Source: Klebsormidium nitens
Lineage: Eukaryota > Plantae > Klebsormidiophyceae
Reading direction: 5' to 3'
DNA: 64,000 nt
NCBI GenBank assembly: GCA_000708835.1
Contig: DF237035.1
Location: forward strand, 69,899 to 133,898
Below the pieces are notes generated by a model, which was not told where the DNA came from, did no database searches, and was given only the letters and a program-made list of their open reading frames with translations. How positions within the stretch are numbered: position 1 is the first letter of the stretch; each line of letters starts with the position of its first letter. A program made the position numbers and the translations under genes. Positions 58,311 to 64,000 of this stretch are shown piece after piece.

Positions 58311-59642
58311 ACAAACATTAAAGAGCCGTTGCAAAGCGTTTGATTGAGGCTCTTGAGAGGGCAAGGTAAAATCATAGTCAAAGCTTTTAGTTGCCCCTCC
58401 TTATAGCATGGTGTCAGGGATCAGGTCGCAAGGCCTGAGATCCTTGAAATGTAATTTTCGGAACAGAACAATGACGGCAGAATGTGTATCTCAAGGAGAT
58501 ATAGTTTGAGGCATGACTGTATGTAGGAAATTTGTCCATACGCAGCTGTAACGTACATATGTAGTAAGGTTATAACATTGTACATAGTGGACTTAATTAA
58601 GGTAACTGTTCGTAAGGAGCTGAAAGGTTATTAATCAAGTGTTGCATGGTACATGCTTGCAAGCGGTTTGAGTTGACTGTTTTGTCATCCAGGTGAAGAA
58701 AAACTGGCATTGAATTCCAAGTAGACAAATTACAATGATATCATTTGTGTATAATCCGCCGTTCGACATGGTGATATGTCAGGGATCGTCGTGCATGTTC
58801 AAAGCTGGCTGTTGGTAGCCTAGGCTAGTGTGATCGAGTGTGCATCGATCATGATATGATGGCCGGCACGTCCCCAATGATGAATGTTGCTTGCATATAC
58901 TGTCCCAGTATGGCGAGCACTACCCACTTAAGTTGAGAATTTAAATTTGCCTCAATCGTCTATTGACAGTGATTGCACTGCACATGCCAGCTGATTGCAA
59001 ACTGCAAATTCGATATATGGAATCATGCACATTCACATCAATAAGTTCCCATGTATGCCATGGAAGCCTACATGGCCCATGTGGCTACGGCGAATTTGAA
59101 AAGAGAAATCATGCCGGCCGGAACTGCAATATACAAGTTCGATCGAAGTACATATGTACATTCTGGATTAGAAAAGGCCAGACTCACCGCGTCCGGACGT
59201 CGACTACAAGAAAAAATGTACAGAGTAGTAAGTTGGAAGCTCAGGCTCGCATGCATTAAGCAGACGGACAGGGCGCGTGGATGTATGCGGGATAAAGCAT
59301 CGTACAGAACACGAACAATTCATAGTGTTAACCCAATGCGAACCACGCATGCCTAGAAAAAAACGATTATATGTTCCAGTATATGGGTACATGCCGGCCC
59401 TAGCTGAATGAGTGGACGGCTTTTAAGTGTACTGAACTGTTGTAATGGGATATAGTAATCAGCTTCATTGATATAATGCGCCACAGTTGTTCGTCGATTA
59501 TCGACCATTTACAAGAGGTAAAATTCAAGTTCAAGCCAGAATTGCATGCCTGAATGAAAGAAACCGCACATTGCGGGGCAATCGTAGTGAACACTCTTAT
59601 GCAGAATATTGATCAAAAAATCGGAACATAGGGCTTATAAAA

Positions 59643-61319
59643 CTACGAGGCTCCACGTGCTGTTGGTCTTCGACCAAAGTAAGCGCTCACCAGGAAAACA
59701 GCAGCCCCCAATGCTGCCGTCACCCAGAGCTTTCGCAAATGGTTGCCGCTTCTTTGCCCCGGGCCCCTACTTTGACTACTTACTTCCACAGGTTCTGCAC
59801 TACTGCTTCCGTCCCCACTCGTTTTGACTTCCTTATCATATTCGAAGCCATGAACCATGACATCGTGTCCTAGTCTCTCCCGATTCGTTATGTACTTATT
59901 GCAGTACACACAGAGGTCCGTCCTGCTACCGCAAAAGTACTCGTGTTCTACAGAATCTTCAGCCGGCATGCTGAACTCGCAATAAGGACAAATGGTCTCG
60001 CGCTTAGGACATTGGTTGAGGTTGTGTCTTGCAAGATCTGAAACCTCGATCTTTGCTTGACATAAAGTACAGGGGACCTGCAATGTAAGTGAGAATTGCG
60101 ATGTGTAGTTGCGAGCCTGTTTTCCATCTAGACTTTGCAAGAAACAGATTCCTGCAGGCACATCCTATTGACTGGATGTCGACCTTGTTCCATCTGCGAG
60201 ACTGTTTGAAGACCTGGCGGCAAAGATGCTTTCAACAGCGAGATCGGTCGTGAGTTGCCTGAGCAGACACAAACGACGATTGGGAGCACCTCATGATTTG
60301 CGACAGCCTACTGATCTCCAGTACTTTCGCCACCTTCTCATAGACTTGTTTGCAACTGCAATCGATGTTGCTTTGACAGGCTGCCTGCTCACTTTCGATG
60401 ATTACTGGACTGTCAACTCCCATTCAGAATGATATGTTTCGTTGTGCTCTTTGATAAATCTATCTCAACGATGAGTTGGCAAAAAGGGACTCACCAGAGC
60501 ATGGAATTCATCGAAGTGCTCCGCAGCTCTGACCCTTGCCACCATCTCCCCGCATCGCTGACACTTTTCCAGATTCCGTTTGCAGTGGACAGCATGAAGA
60601 TCGAAGTTGGCGGTCGATATCACCTTTTTACTGCAGTGAGTGACAAACCAAGTGTGAGATACGACCAGGCTTCTGACAACTTCCAAAAACATCATCACGA
60701 ACTTCAACAACTGGTGAACGTCCAGACAGTAACAGCTAAGTAAAGGCAATGTAGTCACTGAGATACTTTGGAGCTTTGAGAAAGACACAAGCTACCGCGA
60801 AGCTTCAACCACACCAGTTTTGCAGCTGATCAGAAGCTACCAGAGATTGTGATGCCCCCGCTATGATTGATGCAGACCAGAAGACGCGAGGTACCGTACG
60901 GTAGACTAAAGTGACTTAATGAAGAGCCAGCGCACAAAATCGCTCTAACAAATTCTGAACAACTGCAAAAGGTCAGTGGCAGCCTTGAGAGAGTGCAAGT
61001 TGAGGGTTTCTTTCTGCTTAGGAGTTCAGCCTTTGGCTCTTCTACCTGAACACTTGCAACTTGCGAATGAGTCATGATAATTCGGCAAGAAACACTCTTC
61101 AAGCAGATAAGAGGAATCAAGAGATCAACAAGGGAGAGCATCCAAACAGCAACTTGAACATTACGCAACTCCTTTTGACTAAGTCTGCTAAGTGCCACAG
61201 ATGCTCTGCACACTTTTTCAAACAACTTTTCTGGACCGAGAATAGAGAATCTGGCCAGGACAGAATCTCTCTGACGCATACCAGTGCGGGCAGACGCTTC
61301 CTCCCTCCTTGTCTACCAT
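59643..61319 (-). CDS. TRAF-type zinc-finger protein with a C-terminal transmembrane anchor (XAF1/TRAFD1/At1g09920-like), 3 exons
   Basis: Exons 61319-61282, 60630-60495, 60077-59643. MVDKEGGSVCPHC..ISTANFDLHAVHCKRNLEKCQRCGEMV, CPKRETICPYCEF, EHEYFCGSRTDLCVYC, hydrophobic tail LWVTAALGAAVFLVSAYF. Confidence 0.88.
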
Positions 61320-62812
61320 AGTGGTCGTGAACAAATTCCACAGCCCCCAGAGATGACGATGTGTTGTCACTTCAAGCTAACTGATCATACAACGTCTGTG
61401 TACCTTTGTTCTTTTGGTTTAAGAACCTCTTTTCTTAAGTGCTCTAGCTGGTCGCCTTCTTGGTAATCTGTCCGCATGAGGAGTTGTGCTATGCAGCTAA
61501 GATAAGGACGACCTTCAGAGGGGCACGGTTGAGCAGAACATTCAAGGAAGCAAAACAGACTATTAGCATAGCAGAGCTCAAGGCAACCTAAGCTTCGACT
61601 GAGCCGGCAATCACGGCGCCAATATAATCTTCCAAGTTTCTTGTGAACTTGAAGTTGATGTTGAAAGTTCCTTCTCACGTGACTGGCAACTCCAAGCCGC
61701 AGCGCCAAACCTCAGGCTCGAGCCGAGCCATCCATGCAAGCTGCAAAGTCCAAGCCTAAAGTTGAATACCACTGCCAGGTACACAGGTGCGCATTGGTGG
61801 TGTCAAAACCACCGGGCGCTGCATCCCGCTTCTTCTTCCCCGGGCAATTTTCCGGTCTGAATGTGAAAACAGGCCGTCACAACGGTGGTCTCAACCGGTC
61901 GCTATTTAAACGTTCCGCATGCTACACTGAGTGGGGACGTCTTCACTCAAAATGAGAAGAAGACTGATAAGAAAGAACACGGAAGAAGGCGGAAGAGTTC
62001 AATGGAGCTAGTCCTTAGTAATCTCCTATATTATTTAAAGGCTAGAGAAGAAACAAAAGAAGCTACCTAATCGACTCAGTGTGCGAATCGATAAGCAATG
62101 GATTTCCGTACTGTAGCCCGCTGCACAGCTCAAGGGTGCAGAGCATATCCACAGCTCAAGTTCCATGTTGCTTCGCTGGACATCAGCGGAAACGGCCATA
62201 TTTTAAGGTAGACAAATATGACGATCCTTTTGGAATTCAGACTGTGCATGATAAAAGAGGAAATCTTCGAAACTACACCTATCAGTCCGTATGTCACCGC
62301 AATGCAACATGCGCCGTAATTCGTTCGAGCATAAGCGACTCGGCTGTCATGCAATGCAAATTGCTTAGGTTGTACGTACTACTTGGAGCATCTTGACATG
62401 ATGAGTGAGGTAGATGACTTCACGTACAGGTGCCTAGCACATCAAAAGCGACTTGCTCGTCTCACTACCAAACCGCCACGGTCTCATTGTGGCGTGCTCT
62501 CATACACGCTGAACGGCCTAAAGGTCAACTTCTTTGCTTCACTTGAACGGGCATATTCGGTTTCCTAGGGCGTGGCATCACAGGATTCGTTTGACCCCGC
62601 ATGCAAACTTCGAACGAATGCGTCCAGGCTTCAATCCACTTCCCGGCAATTTTAGTAATATTTTATACAAATACATCGGCCTTGGGAAGGCCCGCAATCA
62701 CAAGGTGAAAATGATTGTCTCAATTACTTCGAAAAGACGATGACAAGGGTCTCATTTGTACAGATATAATCCAATGTATCTAGCCCACTTCACAAGCAGG
62801 TTTTGCACTTAC

Positions 62813-62943
62813 CTATCAATATAGCCCTCCCGATAAGCCCTCATAATCTCCTCTTGTGCTAGCAACTCGTATGGGTCCACATACTTTGGGGCACCCGCGT
62901 TTTGACTTCTTTCTCCACCATGCACAAAGTTCGAACCAAGGAC
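62813..62943 (-). CDS. Internal exon of an unidentified gene that probably extends toward the window end
   Basis: Strong acceptor (long pyrimidine tract, cgtccag|) and donor (ag|gtaagt) flank an open frame VLGSNFVHGGERSQNAGAPKYVDPYELLAQEEIMRAYREGYID. Family not recognised. Confidence 0.45.
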
Positions 62944-64000
62944 CTGGACGATTCAAAGACACAAAGGTTTGGAAAAGTTGATGAAGGTAACAACCAGTTA
63001 AAAGCTTCTAAAGCGGCTCGTGGGCTATGCGTGACAACTTGGAAAGCTGACCCTTAAAACAGACGTCCTTATGTCCAAGTTTCTACATCAACAACCAGCG
63101 TCAGTCTAAGCGAAACGAAATTGCTGAATGGAAACATCGTTCGAACGCATATGACGTTGATAGCCATCGGACATATTGACACAGCCTCGCTTCAGTTCCG
63201 AACGACAGACTATCTTTTGATCCACGAGAAGAAGCTCCAGTCCGATGACTGAATTCTGTCGCATCCATACAGATGACAAGAAGCCCGAGCTTTTAAGAGT
63301 CAAGGTCGCTTCGCAGTTCAGATTACAAACAAGAGTCAGCAATCAAGACAACAGCAGGAAGCGAAGGAATACGCAGCTCGGAATAGTCCCCGACCACGGT
63401 CAAGTAAACTGCAAGAACGATATCAATAAGCATGCCCACCGCCAGGCCCCTCCGAAAATTGCCCGAGTGCTGCTGTGATACCAGTTCCGTAATGAACCAG
63501 ACCACACCTCGCAGAAGTCGCTATTGACACTCTGCACATTTACGGAGCCCAGAGATGCCGCAGCAAGGAGAGGTGCCTGATTTTAAATTTTGCAGAAATT
63601 CTCACCGCATAAGCTCCCCCAAAGAGAACGATGGCTGTCAATACCAGCGGCCAAAACGCTAAGAAAAAGGTTGTACCCAATTTCAGCAGCTCCCCGGCTC
63701 TTGGAAGCAATCCCTGCACGGAGGTGCACAGTCAGGCCAGCGGTTCTTTACACGCCTACTAAGAAAGTATGGGAATCGCCAGTCAAAATGATTCCTAAGG
63801 AGACAGTAGCACGATAAGCCAGTGTCCCAAACGAGCTGCCTCCTAGGAGCAAGCAGCCAACAATTGTTGGAGCAAGAGAACCATTCTGTGAGAGCCAAAA
63901 CGACTGGCCATGCCGCAACATTCTAATCAAGACCAATCTACATCATCGTTTTCTGCCATGGTCACATCCGCTCCACAACGAACCGTTAGGGTAAACTGAA

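Noticed and set aside
60190-60400. Possible decayed exon copies in the TRAF zinc-finger gene intron
   Set aside because: The alignment is too gapped to separate from noise by eye.

Overview
Gene-dense, intron-rich eukaryotic window. A plant-type gene set (AKR2A, At3g55290-like SDRs, GPP1/GS1-like HAD phosphatase, At1g09920-like TRAF zinc-finger protein) together with the ciliary gene IFT81 points to a flagellated streptophyte, plausibly a Klebsormidium-like alga (inference). Spliced genes rebuilt by hand from GT-AG junctions and reading-frame phase, in order: HAD phosphatase (5' part, -), two tandem SDR paralogs (+), TAF1B/RRN7 (-), a long U2AF65-like splicing factor (+, apparent frameshift at a G11 run), RAD17 (-), AKR2 (+), IFT81 (-), a multi-exon DDE-type transposase-like gene with hairpin-rich flanks (-, one frameshift), a CS-domain protein (+), a TRAF-type zinc-finger protein (-) and one exon of an unidentified gene (-). 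Two things stand out. (1) In five or six unrelated host genes, introns carry serial, decaying tandem copies of their own splice junctions: acceptor plus the start of the next exon, or the end of the previous exon plus donor. Some form arrays of 4-5 units, and several keep an intact AG or an AG|GT site. (2) The roughly 8 kb intron-containing transposase-like element has no simple TIR/TSD that I could find. All family assignments come from motif recall, not database searches.
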